From IMG/VR virus record IMGVR_UViG_3300047300_001121, positions 17,389 to 81,388 of that record: 64,000 nucleotides of DNA. One strand, written 5' to 3'. Below are positions 1-8,858 of this stretch, in pieces. The stretch is from a virus. Each line of letters opens with the position of its first letter. Position 1 is the stretch's first letter. The notes under the pieces were generated by a model. That model did not search any database. It was not told the DNA's origin and saw only the letters and a program-made list of their open reading frames with translations. The position numbers and the translations under genes were made by a program.

Positions 1-108
1 TGCACCGCCGGACGGATCAGTGACGTAGAACCAGGCCAGGATGGCCAGGGGCACAGCCACGAATTGAAACCAGCGAGCACCGATGACGCTCAGGAAAGAC
101 TTGAACAT
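1..108 (-). CDS. Membrane protein, putative holin (N-terminal part; runs off the window)
   Basis: Own translation MFKSFLSVIGARWFQFVAVPLAILAWFYVTDPSGGA: hydrophobic helix plus TDPxGG; third gene of the late operon. Confidence 0.5.
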   Translation of the reverse strand, partial: MFKSFLSVIGARWFQFVAVPLAILAWFYVTDPSGGA

Positions 109-111
109 GGG

Positions 112-609
112 TCAGATCCAGAAGAAGGCAAACGCGAACAGTGCGGCACCCAGGGCGCCAACACCAACCGAAGCCCAGAACAGGGGCATGACAACAGCCA
201 GGATGGCTGCCGTCGACAAAACGATACCGAGCTGCAGAGCAATCCCGGCGTAGGTGTAGAGGGCCGACTTCGACTTGGCGACGTCGCGCTCAGCCTCGAG
301 GGCCTTGGCCTTTGCCGCCAGTGCCGTCATGCCGTCGACAGTGTCGTCGTGCATCCGCTTGGCTTCGCGGCGATAGTGCTGCGCCAGGTGCTTGTCGGTC
401 GTCGTGTCGGCCGTCGTGGCATAGACCACCGAGCGCACATTCTTGGCCTGATACCAGGTCCACAGGTTGTTCGCCTGGATGGTGTTGGTCAGGATCTTCG
501 ATGAGTTCGATCCGCCAAAGTAGCCATTGACAGCCAGCAGCGCAGCAAACACGGTGACCGTGATCGCGGCGCGCTTCTTGATGATGATTTCCAGCTCAGA
601 GCGGGTCAT
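112..609 (-). CDS. DUF4337-like membrane protein
   Basis: ANNLWTWYQAK motif and three hydrophobic helices; ATG at 609 overlaps the upstream stop. Confidence 0.7.
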   Translation of the reverse strand: MTRSELEIIIKKRAAITVTVFAALLAVNGYFGGSNSSKILTNTIQANNLWTWYQAKNVRSVVYATTADTTTDKHLAQHYRREAKRMHDDTVDGMTALAAKAKALEAERDVAKSKSALYTYAGIALQLGIVLSTAAILAVVMPLFWASVGVGALGAALFAFAFFWI

Positions 610-1292
610 TCCGGGTCTTTCAGGCAAAAACGCGGAAGCACCCCGGTTCCCTGAACCGCCTTCCAGCAATCAATCACTTTCGGGTCCGTCGCCCACCGGC
701 GCTCGAACTCTGCTCGAGAAAAGTCATCCACGCGCCGCGTCTGGTAATCCAGGCGGATCCCGTACATCAGCGTGCAGAACACAATCAGCACCACGATGCC
801 GCCGAACCACTTCGTGATCAGCAGGCTGTAGCGATCGATTCTGCGCTGCCGGGCCCGGGCTTCCTCGGCAAGCTGCTTTTGCAGGTCTCGCTCAGCCTGG
901 AGCCGCTCTTCGCGGATCCGCTCGCGCTCGGCCGTGAACTCTGACCAGATGCCCGGCATGTCCAGGTGGTAGACCAGGAGCTCCCTGAGCTCGGCCTCCA
1001 TCTCGATCAGCTTGCGCCGATTCATCACGTTGTCGAGAGCGGCGTCGTTGAGACTCTTCAGGCGCGCCTTCGGGTTCGCCTTGAGCTCGGCCGCCTTCTG
1101 CTGCTCAGCGGCGGTAATGCTCTCGCTGTGACTGAAGAAGGACCCGCACAGCGTGGTCACCTCGGATGCGATGCTGGCAACGTCTTTGCCTGCGGTCTTC
1201 GCCTGGCGATAGAGATCAACCAGCTCGCGCACGCCATTGATGGCGGCTTTGCAACCACCGTAGGCAAGAGCAATAGATGCTGGGTCAAGCAT
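606..1292 (-). CDS. Coiled-coil membrane protein of the lysis region
   Basis: GGAGG RBS before ATG 1292 (MLDPASIALA); coiled coil plus C-terminal TM helix. Confidence 0.7.
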   Translation of the reverse strand: MLDPASIALAYGGCKAAINGVRELVDLYRQAKTAGKDVASIASEVTTLCGSFFSHSESITAAEQQKAAELKANPKARLKSLNDAALDNVMNRRKLIEMEAELRELLVYHLDMPGIWSEFTAERERIREERLQAERDLQKQLAEEARARQRRIDRYSLLITKWFGGIVVLIVFCTLMYGIRLDYQTRRVDDFSRAEFERRWATDPKVIDCWKAVQGTGVLPRFCLKDPE

Positions 1293-1334
1293 GGAAACCT
1301 CCCATGTCTGACCCGCTCTCGGCCCGGGGATGTT

Positions 1335-1410
1335 TGGTTGCGGGAGTAGGAATTGCACCCACGCACTCGGGCGTATGAGGCCCGTGCTCTGCTGTCTGAG
1401 CTATCCCGCC
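1335..1410 (-). tRNA. tRNA-Met(CAT), initiator-like, CCA encoded
   Basis: 76-nt cloverleaf GGCGGGA-TA-GCTC-AGACAGCA-GAGC-A-CGGGC-CTCATAC-GCCCG-AGTGC-GTGGG-TGCAATT-CCTAC-TCCCGCA-ACCA. Confidence 0.85.
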
Positions 1411-1573
1411 TAAATTTGGACGCGACTATCCCCTCAGAGGTAGTCGCAATTTGCGAAGTTTGTTATGCCTTATAGCGGCACCCTGCTCAGGCTACGCGGA
1501 CACAGTCCAAAGGGCCTGAGTGGGTTGCTCCTGCGGGAGCTGGTCATACGACCACAACCTTGCGGTTGCCATC

Positions 1574-1613
1574 AGTATAACATATTGTTTTGTTTTGCGT
1601 CAACTATTTGTTT
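1574..1613 (-). promoter_or_regulatory. Late-operon sigma70 promoter with overlapping operator
   Basis: TTGACG-18-TATACT on - strand; CAACTATTTGTTT at 1601-1613. Confidence 0.65.
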
Positions 1614-2293
1614 GCACAAATTTCTTGGGGTCTTTTTGGCTTCAAAACTGGGCCGCTGGTCTGCGCCAAATTCACCAATGGACCAGCATTTTGCTTGTCG
1701 TATCTCGATCCAAAAAAGTGGATGAGCTTCGACTCGATCTCCAGGGCCTTGGCCTGCGTCAGGCCGGATGCAACAATTTTTACCACATCTTCCGCCATAA
1801 ACCCATCAACCCTGAGCTGCCGGAGGATTACGCCGTGGCCCTCGTTTCGCTTCAGGTCATAAGCGCGCAAGCCGATACCCTTGCCAACATAGAAGGGCTC
1901 GCCCGAGACTGAGATAGAGCAATCGCTGTGAACAAGCTTAATTTGCCTGTCAACTCTTGGATCAAAATGCAGGTATACGTAGTAGTCGGATGACCCGTCG
2001 GTGTCAACAAAATAACTCGACCAATCGCCGGACATCACGGCGCCGAAGTGTCGGATCCATGCGGCCTCGATCTCATCCTCGGTCGCATCCCTTAAAACAA
2101 GATGACGGTAGTTGCTATTCAGCCTTTGTTTTTCCGTGCTGCGACGGCGGTATAGATTTGAACCACCAAGGCGAGACATCCTGCGATGCTTCTCCTCAGA
2201 AATGGCTGACTCGATTGCGCAAAGCGCCTCCGAGGGAACCTGTTTTAGGTCTAGGTTTGCCAGCCAACTAAGGCTGAATGGGGTTTGCTGCAC
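1604..2293 (-). CDS. GIY-YIG family endonuclease
   Basis: YYVYLH...FYVGKG...R...ALEIESKLI...LVN motifs; lower GC than flanks. Confidence 0.75.
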   Translation of the reverse strand: MQQTPFSLSWLANLDLKQVPSEALCAIESAISEEKHRRMSRLGGSNLYRRRSTEKQRLNSNYRHLVLRDATEDEIEAAWIRHFGAVMSGDWSSYFVDTDGSSDYYVYLHFDPRVDRQIKLVHSDCSISVSGEPFYVGKGIGLRAYDLKRNEGHGVILRQLRVDGFMAEDVVKIVASGLTQAKALEIESKLIHFFGSRYDKQNAGPLVNLAQTSGPVLKPKRPQEICANK

Positions 2294-2436
2294 AAAAGGC
2301 CCTTCAAGTCTTCACTTACACACCAACCAACGGCGCCCACGCAAGGTGGCATAAGGCTTCTCACGGCCAAATGGAAGTGAAGGCTTGAGGAGCCTCCGTT
2401 TGTCGCTCAGTTGGTTGAATCGACAATAAAATTGTA
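2294..2436 (-). promoter_or_regulatory. Structured leader (hairpin + long terminator-like stem + pseudoknot), copy 1
   Basis: -10 TACAAT; stem 2294-2317/2375-2395 ending in U-tract; loop CAACCAAC complementary to GTTGGTTG. Confidence 0.6.
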
Positions 2437-2551
2437 GCACAACCAAAACAAATTGTTGTTTTTACGCCACAACTGACCACTGAGTGCCGTTCTGGGCACA
2501 GGGTTTTCCCTGATTGACCAACAAAAACCCACTGATTTGGTTGGTCATTGA

Positions 2552-2581
2552 TTTGACCAATTTGTTTTGTTGCACAACAAT
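2552..2581 (+). promoter_or_regulatory. Early promoter
   Basis: TTGACC-17-AACAAT; same design near 4814 (TTGCAA) and 8098 (TTGACA). Confidence 0.55.
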
Positions 2582-2619
2582 CGGTTCATCACATCAACCA
2601 AACCACACAGGAGTTCGAC

Positions 2620-2763
2620 ATGTTCCCGGCAACCCGCAGCAACCAGATCACATACGCCTACTTTTGCCAGCTTGGCGGCCTGTCCAACCCGGCCACTTGG
2701 AGAATCGAGCGCCGCAACGGCTCGCACAGCTATTACACCTACCACCTCGTCAGCGTTCGTTAA
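2620..2763 (+). CDS. Small hypothetical protein (47 aa, absent from ORF track)
   Basis: AGGAG RBS; MFPATRSNQITYAYFCQLGG...; first gene after the promoter. Confidence 0.6.
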   Translation: MFPATRSNQITYAYFCQLGGLSNPATWRIERRNGSHSYYTYHLVSVR

Positions 2764-2773
2764 GGAGTTCTAC

Positions 2774-2998
2774 ATGATCGAACACAGCATCTCCGAATCC
2801 GTCATTGACGGCGCCGTCGACGTGATCATCAACACCCGCGACTTCTGCGGTGACGAGCGTGAGGCCGTGCGCGACTACTGCGCCGACCTAAAGCAGCCGC
2901 ACTGGCAGACCGTCTACCGCATCGCCAACTTCCGCGCCAACGCCCGCTGGAATGAGTTCCAGAAGAGCGCCGGCGTTGACCCCAAGTACACCTACTGA
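2774..2998 (+). CDS. Hypothetical protein
   Basis: AAGGAG RBS, high GC3. Confidence 0.7.
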   Translation: MIEHSISESVIDGAVDVIINTRDFCGDEREAVRDYCADLKQPHWQTVYRIANFRANARWNEFQKSAGVDPKYTY

Positions 2999-3005
2999 GA
3001 TTCAC

Positions 3006-3239
3006 ATGAGCTTCAAAAAACCCCGACTAAAAGCAAACCTTGCGGCTGAGGGATCCGTGTCAATTCCCGCAGAGTGGAGAGAACTTGATGGCCTGGTCCG
3101 AGCGGACATCCTGAAGGATTGGATCGGCATCCTGCAAATTGAGTACGACATCGCGGTTCTGGAGATGATTGATGGACCCGACCGAAGGCTTAAAGCTGCC
3201 ATCCTGAAAAAAAAGCTGGCTAAATTTGTTCAACACTGA
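3006..3239 (+). CDS. Hypothetical protein
   Basis: Tightly packed operon ORF. Confidence 0.6.
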   Translation: MSFKKPRLKANLAAEGSVSIPAEWRELDGLVRADILKDWIGILQIEYDIAVLEMIDGPDRRLKAAILKKKLAKFVQH

Positions 3240-3249
3240 GGAGTACACC

Positions 3250-3462
3250 ATGGGCGGATTCGTAACAAAATCTTTCACTTGCATTGATGGCCGCTACGAG
3301 GTCACCGAGTACGGCAAGGGCACAGCCTACCTGGTCGAGGACAGCAAGACCATGAAGAGCTTCTACGTCCAGGGCGATGACGCCCAGACCCTGCGCAATG
3401 ACAGCCAGGAGTTCACCAACAAGCACGCCATTGTCGAGACGATGGCAGCCATAGGGGAGTGA
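3250..3462 (+). CDS. Hypothetical protein
   Basis: GAGGAG RBS. Confidence 0.65.
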   Translation: MGGFVTKSFTCIDGRYEVTEYGKGTAYLVEDSKTMKSFYVQGDDAQTLRNDSQEFTNKHAIVETMAAIGE

Positions 3463-3464
3463 GC

Positions 3465-3596
3465 ATGGCGGCCGAATACGACCCGCACTGGCCATTCCCG
3501 CAATACGACGAGAACGGCAAGCAGCTGCTGCCACCGCCGCCACCAAGGCGCAAGAAGCACCTCGAGCTCGAGGACATTGAAGATGCACCAATGTAA
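3465..3596 (+). CDS. Small WPFP-motif protein (absent from ORF track)
   Basis: MAAEYDPHWPFPQY...EDAPM; GGGGAG RBS. Confidence 0.55.
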   Translation: MAAEYDPHWPFPQYDENGKQLLPPPPPRRKKHLELEDIEDAPM

Positions 3597-3605
3597 GGAC
3601 TGAAA

Positions 3606-4334
3606 ATGGAACGTGAATTATTGCGCCGGGCCGCGGTGGCCCTGAATGACTGGACCCACACTTATGCGTCGGAGCTCTGCGACTCCGAGCGCGTGGCACA
3701 GGCCTGGGCTCGAATTGAGGCGGCCGGCGGCACCGTTGCATACATCGCCGACTTGGCATCGGAAATCAATTCATTTCTGGCGCAGCCGGAGCAGAAGCCA
3801 TTGAGATGCAGGTCAGAGCCTTGCGTAAACGACAACAACATAGGGGCGTGTCGGAGATGCAAGAACTCCAGCGAGTTTCTTTCGTGGAATGACCAAGGGT
3901 CGCGGGAACTGGTGGCGTATGCCGACAAGATCGCGTTCGAGGACGCCATGAAAACCGGCAAGGGGTGCGACGTGTGGCCGACAGCTGGCGACTACGAGGC
4001 GCGCACCGGCCGCAAACTGATCGAACTTCGCACCCAACCCCAGACGCAGCAGGAGCGCACACCTGGAGGCGTGAATCTCGCGGATTACGACTACGACGAC
4101 GGGAGCTTCAAGGCGAAGAAAGAGCGCTTGCCACATGTCGCCACCAGCGACACATCGCGAACTCGTGTCGACGAAACCGCAAAACAGCAACATGACCCGC
4201 TGCCCAAAAGCGAGAGCTTAAAACACAAATACAACGCGCACAAAAAATATCCGTGGTTCTGTGCCGATTGCGGCTACCCAGAACATGAATTACTTATGCA
4301 CACAGCCGCCCACGGCATCAAGGAGACCGAATGA
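3606..4334 (+). CDS. Mosaic hypothetical protein
   Basis: AAGGA RBS; ends AAHGIKE; ATGA overlap with next gene. Confidence 0.65.
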   Translation: MERELLRRAAVALNDWTHTYASELCDSERVAQAWARIEAAGGTVAYIADLASEINSFLAQPEQKPLRCRSEPCVNDNNIGACRRCKNSSEFLSWNDQGSRELVAYADKIAFEDAMKTGKGCDVWPTAGDYEARTGRKLIELRTQPQTQQERTPGGVNLADYDYDDGSFKAKKERLPHVATSDTSRTRVDETAKQQHDPLPKSESLKHKYNAHKKYPWFCADCGYPEHELLMHTAAHGIKETE

Positions 4335-4555
4335 AAGAAGACATCAGCCCGGGTATGCAGGCGCTGTACGACATGGCCCTTGGACCGCAACACACCGGAT
4401 GGCCACCCGGCCTTCTGCAAGACGACTGCGCGGGCCTCAGCAAGTGGCTCGCGAGCAAACCAGACGCCAGGCGCAGGGTGCGCGAAGCGCTGGATGAGCT
4501 TGATCGCCAGGAGCACGCGCGCAGTGTTGTGCGTGGCTTCGGCATTACCGAATAA
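4331..4555 (+). CDS. Hypothetical protein
   Basis: AAGGAG RBS, ATGA overlap. Confidence 0.65.
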   Translation: MKEDISPGMQALYDMALGPQHTGWPPGLLQDDCAGLSKWLASKPDARRRVREALDELDRQEHARSVVRGFGITE

Positions 4556-4569
4556 CAGGGAGGCACAAC

Positions 4570-4779
4570 TTGGCCAAGAAACAGTACCAATGCGCCAGCT
4601 GTGGCGACCCGTTCCTGGCACGCGAGGCCGACCGCAAGCGAGGCTGGGCACGCTTCTGCTCGAAGTCATGCAAGGCAATCAAGCAGGAGCAGCGCACCGG
4701 GCAGTATGCGCGACACCTCCAGGGTGCGCGCGAGGGCGGCCTCTGCTTTCCGTCATTTGCTGAAGGCGAAGTCCAATAA
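4570..4779 (+). CDS. Zinc-finger protein
   Basis: CASC...RFCSKSC. Confidence 0.65.
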   Translation: MAKKQYQCASCGDPFLAREADRKRGWARFCSKSCKAIKQEQRTGQYARHLQGAREGGLCFPSFAEGEVQ

Positions 4780-4874
4780 CCAACCAATTTGCTCGGATTT
4801 TTTTTCGTTCGGGTTGCAACAAAATGTTTTGTGCGCAACAATCAGTTCACAGTCAATTACATAGGAGTTTTTAA

Positions 4875-5357
4875 TTGAACACGCTTCACATCACCATCAA
4901 CGGCGAGCCAGCTCACGGCGCGCAGGCTGAGGCTCACTTCGTCGAGTGGGCCCTGGCCCTGGAACAAGAGCACAACGAGAAGCTGTTGGCAGCATGCAAG
5001 GGTGAGCGCACCTCCCTGGCGGCGATCAACGTATTCCAGTTTGCGGCGTTCTCTCCCTTCCGCACGACAGCGGATTGCAACTTGCTCGGCCAGGCCGGCA
5101 TTGAGATCAAGCCCGTCGTCCACTTTCAGGGCAACGTCGATTTTTACCAGGTGCCGCTCATTGACACCGGCGAGACGTGCGAGGTCGCCTATCTTTTCGC
5201 GCTTGATCACCCCCGGCTTGGGTGCAGACCCGTCCGTACGTCACGGGTCTTGAAAATGAATGACGACGGCTCATTCGAGACGCTGAACACCATCTACAAA
5301 CCGGCACCCGAGGTGGAGCATCTGCCGGCCGATGACACGGAAGGCGGTGCAGCATGA
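4875..5357 (+). CDS. Hypothetical protein
   Basis: DHPRLG...RTSRV...FETLNTIY motif; AGGAG RBS with TTG start. Confidence 0.7.
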   Translation: MNTLHITINGEPAHGAQAEAHFVEWALALEQEHNEKLLAACKGERTSLAAINVFQFAAFSPFRTTADCNLLGQAGIEIKPVVHFQGNVDFYQVPLIDTGETCEVAYLFALDHPRLGCRPVRTSRVLKMNDDGSFETLNTIYKPAPEVEHLPADDTEGGAA

Positions 5358-6013
5358 TCCGCTTTCACTTCGATCGCAAATTCATCCCCCTGGTGGCGCC
5401 GTTCGCAGCCAGGGCTGACGTCCGCTACTACTTGTGCGGCATCCGCGTGGAAGCCGCCGGTGATCGCCCTGGCGTGTACATCGTCGGATGCGATGGCCAC
5501 CGGCTCACGGTCGCCTACGACCGCACCGGCAGCATTGAGGGCGTCGAGGGCGGCTTGATCATGCGCGTGCCGCCTCAGTTCATCTCGGCATGCAAGGCGC
5601 GCTCATCATCGCCGCTGAAGGTCATCTGCGAGGGCGACCGGATCTCCGTCGGTGTTGAAGGCGGAGCTGCGCACAACGAGCGCGAGACGTACGTGATGCC
5701 GGGCAAGCCCTGGATTGAGGGCAACTACCCCAGGTGGAGGGACATCCTGCCCTGCTGGGCGGACCTGAAGCTCGGTTTCGCATCTGAGGTGAGCTCGGTC
5801 TACCTGGCCGACTACCTGAAGCTCAACAGCGGCGGCCGCTACGGCGACGGACTCGTGTTCTGGCAAGAGAAGGCCGACTCACCCATTGTGGTGCAGCACA
5901 CCTCGCAGCCGGAGATTGTGTCGATCCTGATGCCGCGGCGCACGGATGGCTCTGAGTTTCTGCGCAAGAAGTTGCCAGAGATCGCGGCCGGAAAGCAAAA
6001 GGTGACGCCATGA
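5354..6013 (+). CDS. DNA polymerase III beta-clamp-like domain protein
   Basis: DVRYYLCGI, DGHRL, EGNYPRWRDILP, ILMPRR. Confidence 0.7.
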   Translation: MIRFHFDRKFIPLVAPFAARADVRYYLCGIRVEAAGDRPGVYIVGCDGHRLTVAYDRTGSIEGVEGGLIMRVPPQFISACKARSSSPLKVICEGDRISVGVEGGAAHNERETYVMPGKPWIEGNYPRWRDILPCWADLKLGFASEVSSVYLADYLKLNSGGRYGDGLVFWQEKADSPIVVQHTSQPEIVSILMPRRTDGSEFLRKKLPEIAAGKQKVTP

Positions 6014-6333
6014 ATTGCAAACCAGGCGACCTGGCAATCATTGTCAATTGCGATTTCCCCGCAAACATTGGCAAGCTCGTGTCCGTGCTGAGGCCGGCCG
6101 ACATGAACGATTACCACTTGGGACCAAATGAGAATGATGGCTTTCTCTGGGAGTGCGAAACGCTCAGCGACGGCATCATTGGATGGGACGAAGGGGACAG
6201 CTACTCAGCCAACAAAGCAGGCGGCCTGATTGCTCTTACCGACAGCTATCTGAAGCCAATTCGCGACCCGGGCGACGACGCCGCTGATGAGATGGTGTTG
6301 CGCACCGGCAAGCCACAGGAGGTGACGGCATGA
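6010..6333 (+). CDS. MNCKPGDLA-family hypothetical protein (paralog of 19319-19639)
   Basis: Shared N-terminus and LxPxR C-terminal motif. Confidence 0.7.
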   Translation: MNCKPGDLAIIVNCDFPANIGKLVSVLRPADMNDYHLGPNENDGFLWECETLSDGIIGWDEGDSYSANKAGGLIALTDSYLKPIRDPGDDAADEMVLRTGKPQEVTA

Positions 6334-6472
6334 CCCACAAGACCATCTTCACCTGGGTGTATGCCGTCGTGCTCTCACTCGGCATCACCGTCGCATTCAC
6401 CGACGTGTTTGTCTGGCGCGCCGAAAAACCCGAGCCCTGCGGCTGCAATCAACCACCACAAAAGCACAAAAA

Positions 6473-6727
6473 ATGACCACGATCGAATACAGCTACAAGC
6501 ACCCGGACCTTGATGTCCCGATTGAATGCACCCTGGACTGCGAGCCGCCCCAGCGCGGAGCTCGAGAGCACGGCACCGGCCTGCAACTTGAGCCCGATTA
6601 CGACGCATCCGCAGAGCTCACATCAGCTCGCGTCGGAGGCGTGGAGATCATCACGCTGCTAAGCGAAGACCTGGTGTACGAGATTCAATCTGCCGCACTC
6701 AGGCATTTGCAGGAGCCGTGCCTGTGA
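6473..6727 (+). CDS. Hypothetical protein
   Basis: Operon-packed ORF. Confidence 0.6.
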   Translation: MTTIEYSYKHPDLDVPIECTLDCEPPQRGAREHGTGLQLEPDYDASAELTSARVGGVEIITLLSEDLVYEIQSAALRHLQEPCL

Positions 6728-7251
6728 TGGATCAAGCAACACGAGACCTGGTGCTGGCATACGTGCGAGCACATTCCGCCGACGTCGGCGAGTGCTGGGA
6801 ATGGCAGGGCGGCATGACGCGCGGCACAACCCCTGCGGCGCGCTTTCCCGGACCCGTCAAGCTGCCGAACTCGGTACGCAAGGCCGTCCTGCTGGCCACA
6901 CTAAAAATCTCACTGGGTAAGCGCTACGCCAGACCAAAGTGCGGCAACTTCCGCTGCGTAAACCCAGAGCATGTCGTGGCCGTGCCGTTGCACAACATCC
7001 GTCGAGAGGCAGCGAGCAGGACCAGCTACGGAAAAAGCATTGCCCGCCGCGCTGCAATCTCGAGAACCAAGCGCTCGCAGTCTCCGCTGACCAACGAGAT
7101 GCTGCAAGAGATCCGCGCATCAGAAGAGAGCAACAAACAACTGGCCACCCGCCTCGGGTTTTCAGTGCGGACCATCCGCATTGCACGCAAGGGCTACGTG
7201 CATGAGAAATTGACAGCAACACCGTTCACAGGATTAGGAGCAAGAAAATGA
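6727..7251 (+). CDS. HNH-like protein with C-terminal HTH (possibly degenerate)
   Basis: CWEWQG...CGNFRCVNPEH. Confidence 0.6.
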   Translation: MDQATRDLVLAYVRAHSADVGECWEWQGGMTRGTTPAARFPGPVKLPNSVRKAVLLATLKISLGKRYARPKCGNFRCVNPEHVVAVPLHNIRREAASRTSYGKSIARRAAISRTKRSQSPLTNEMLQEIRASEESNKQLATRLGFSVRTIRIARKGYVHEKLTATPFTGLGARK

Positions 7252-8063
7252 GCAATACCCGATTTAACAAGGGCGACACCGTCTATGACCTTCACGGGCG
7301 ACAAGGCGCATACATTGCGTCTTACGGTGGCTACCACTTGGTTGCGCCCGAATACGATGCCGGCGACTACGGCGAGCCAACCTGGGGCACTCCCGAGCAG
7401 TGGGATCAGATCTTCATCAAGCCGCCCACACAGAAGCTTGAGACCAAAATCGACGAGCTGGACAAGCTCATTACCGAGAAACGGGATGAGCTCAAGCGTA
7501 TCAACGAAGAGCTCGATCAGGCTGGCCGCCGGCGCCAAGAGCAACTGAAGAAGCTCAAGCAGCATCAGGCGCTGCAACGCATCGAGGACTACCTCGACGG
7601 CAAATTCACGCACTTCCTTGAGGTGCCGGAATACTACCCACCAAAAATCGTCGCAGTCGACGATGCCCTGAAGAGGGGCGGCATTGATCGGTGGGACACG
7701 CCGCTCAAGTTGCTCACGCTCTTTGGCGACACCAAGGGCGATCTGCAGTGGCGAATCAATCGCTACAGCGATGGCAGCGGGAGCAGCAATGTCGAGGTCT
7801 ATCCAGTTGAAAACGAGGAGGAGGCAATCGCAATCGTGCGCCGCCTGTACGCCGAGGCGGTAGAGGACTGGCGCATCCAGGAGAAGAAGCACTACGGCCG
7901 CGCCATCTACTGGACAGACAAGTGCCCTGATGGATGGATTGAGGCGCCCGATGATCTGCGCGCCTACCTGAATGCAGCAGCCGTCGAGAGAAGGCAGGCC
8001 GATCTGATCAAAGCCAAGGAGGCGCTGGCCAAAGCCCAAGCCGAACTGGCCGCGCTGCAATAA
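7248..8063 (+). CDS. Hypothetical protein
   Basis: LKLLTLFG...WRINRYSDGSG; AGGAG RBS. Confidence 0.75.
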   Translation: MSNTRFNKGDTVYDLHGRQGAYIASYGGYHLVAPEYDAGDYGEPTWGTPEQWDQIFIKPPTQKLETKIDELDKLITEKRDELKRINEELDQAGRRRQEQLKKLKQHQALQRIEDYLDGKFTHFLEVPEYYPPKIVAVDDALKRGGIDRWDTPLKLLTLFGDTKGDLQWRINRYSDGSGSSNVEVYPVENEEEAIAIVRRLYAEAVEDWRIQEKKHYGRAIYWTDKCPDGWIEAPDDLRAYLNAAAVERRQADLIKAKEALAKAQAELAALQ

Positions 8064-8162
8064 CCCAGCAAAACTGAAGGGCTTTCAATTCGTTGATTTG
8101 ACAGCCCTTTTTAATTGCGCAACAATTGGCTCCATCAGCAACAAATTGTTTAGGAGTTCAAC

Positions 8163-8516
8163 ATGTACCAAGGCCACCTCAATGACGGCAGCAGCATCCA
8201 GAAGCACAGCGCCGGCGCCCTGTATCCCTACGTCATCCAGTTCCGTGGCGAGGCCCTGGTGCCTGAACTCCGGCACCCGACTGGCGAGATCACCCAGCAT
8301 GCCAGCTACGACGAAGCCTGCGATGTAGCGCGTCAGCTGCTGGACCTGGCGCCCGCGGCCAAAGTCTGCGGCATCTCCAAGTCGGAGCTCGTGCGCTTCG
8401 TATGCGACCCGCACACCGGCCGCGACTACGTGCAGCTCGCCAGCGTGCGCGGCATTGCAAACCTCATCAAGTCTTTTGGCCAGCGTGTCACGCGTGCCGA
8501 CCGAGTTTTCCATTAA
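8163..8516 (+). CDS. Hypothetical protein
   Basis: AGGAG RBS after promoter/operator. Confidence 0.7.
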   Translation: MYQGHLNDGSSIQKHSAGALYPYVIQFRGEALVPELRHPTGEITQHASYDEACDVARQLLDLAPAAKVCGISKSELVRFVCDPHTGRDYVQLASVRGIANLIKSFGQRVTRADRVFH

Positions 8517-8545
8517 ACCAACCCACGTCTTTGAAAGGACACATC

Positions 8546-8788
8546 ATGCAAGACCTCAACGTCATCAACCGCCTGAACGCCGAAGCCATTGAGCGCGACA
8601 TTCCCCGTCAGCTCGCTGCCGGCAAGATCGTCGTCGCCGAGTACACCGGCCTGCACTTCGTTGGCTACGAGACCTTCAGCGGAGAAAACGCCGAAGCCGA
8701 AGCCCAAGCCAAGCTGGCCCAGATCGAAGCCCAGGCCAGTGGCCACGGCAAGATCTTGCGTCCTGGCCAGAAGGCGTTGACCGCCTGA
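8546..8788 (+). CDS. Hypothetical protein
   Basis: AAGGA RBS, strong codon bias. Confidence 0.7.
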   Translation: MQDLNVINRLNAEAIERDIPRQLAAGKIVVAEYTGLHFVGYETFSGENAEAEAQAKLAQIEAQASGHGKILRPGQKALTA

Positions 8789-8858
8789 TGAAGCGGGCGC
8801 CATTTTTTGGCGCCCAGCACCAACAAAACGTAGCACAAAGCAACATTCAGGAGTCACC

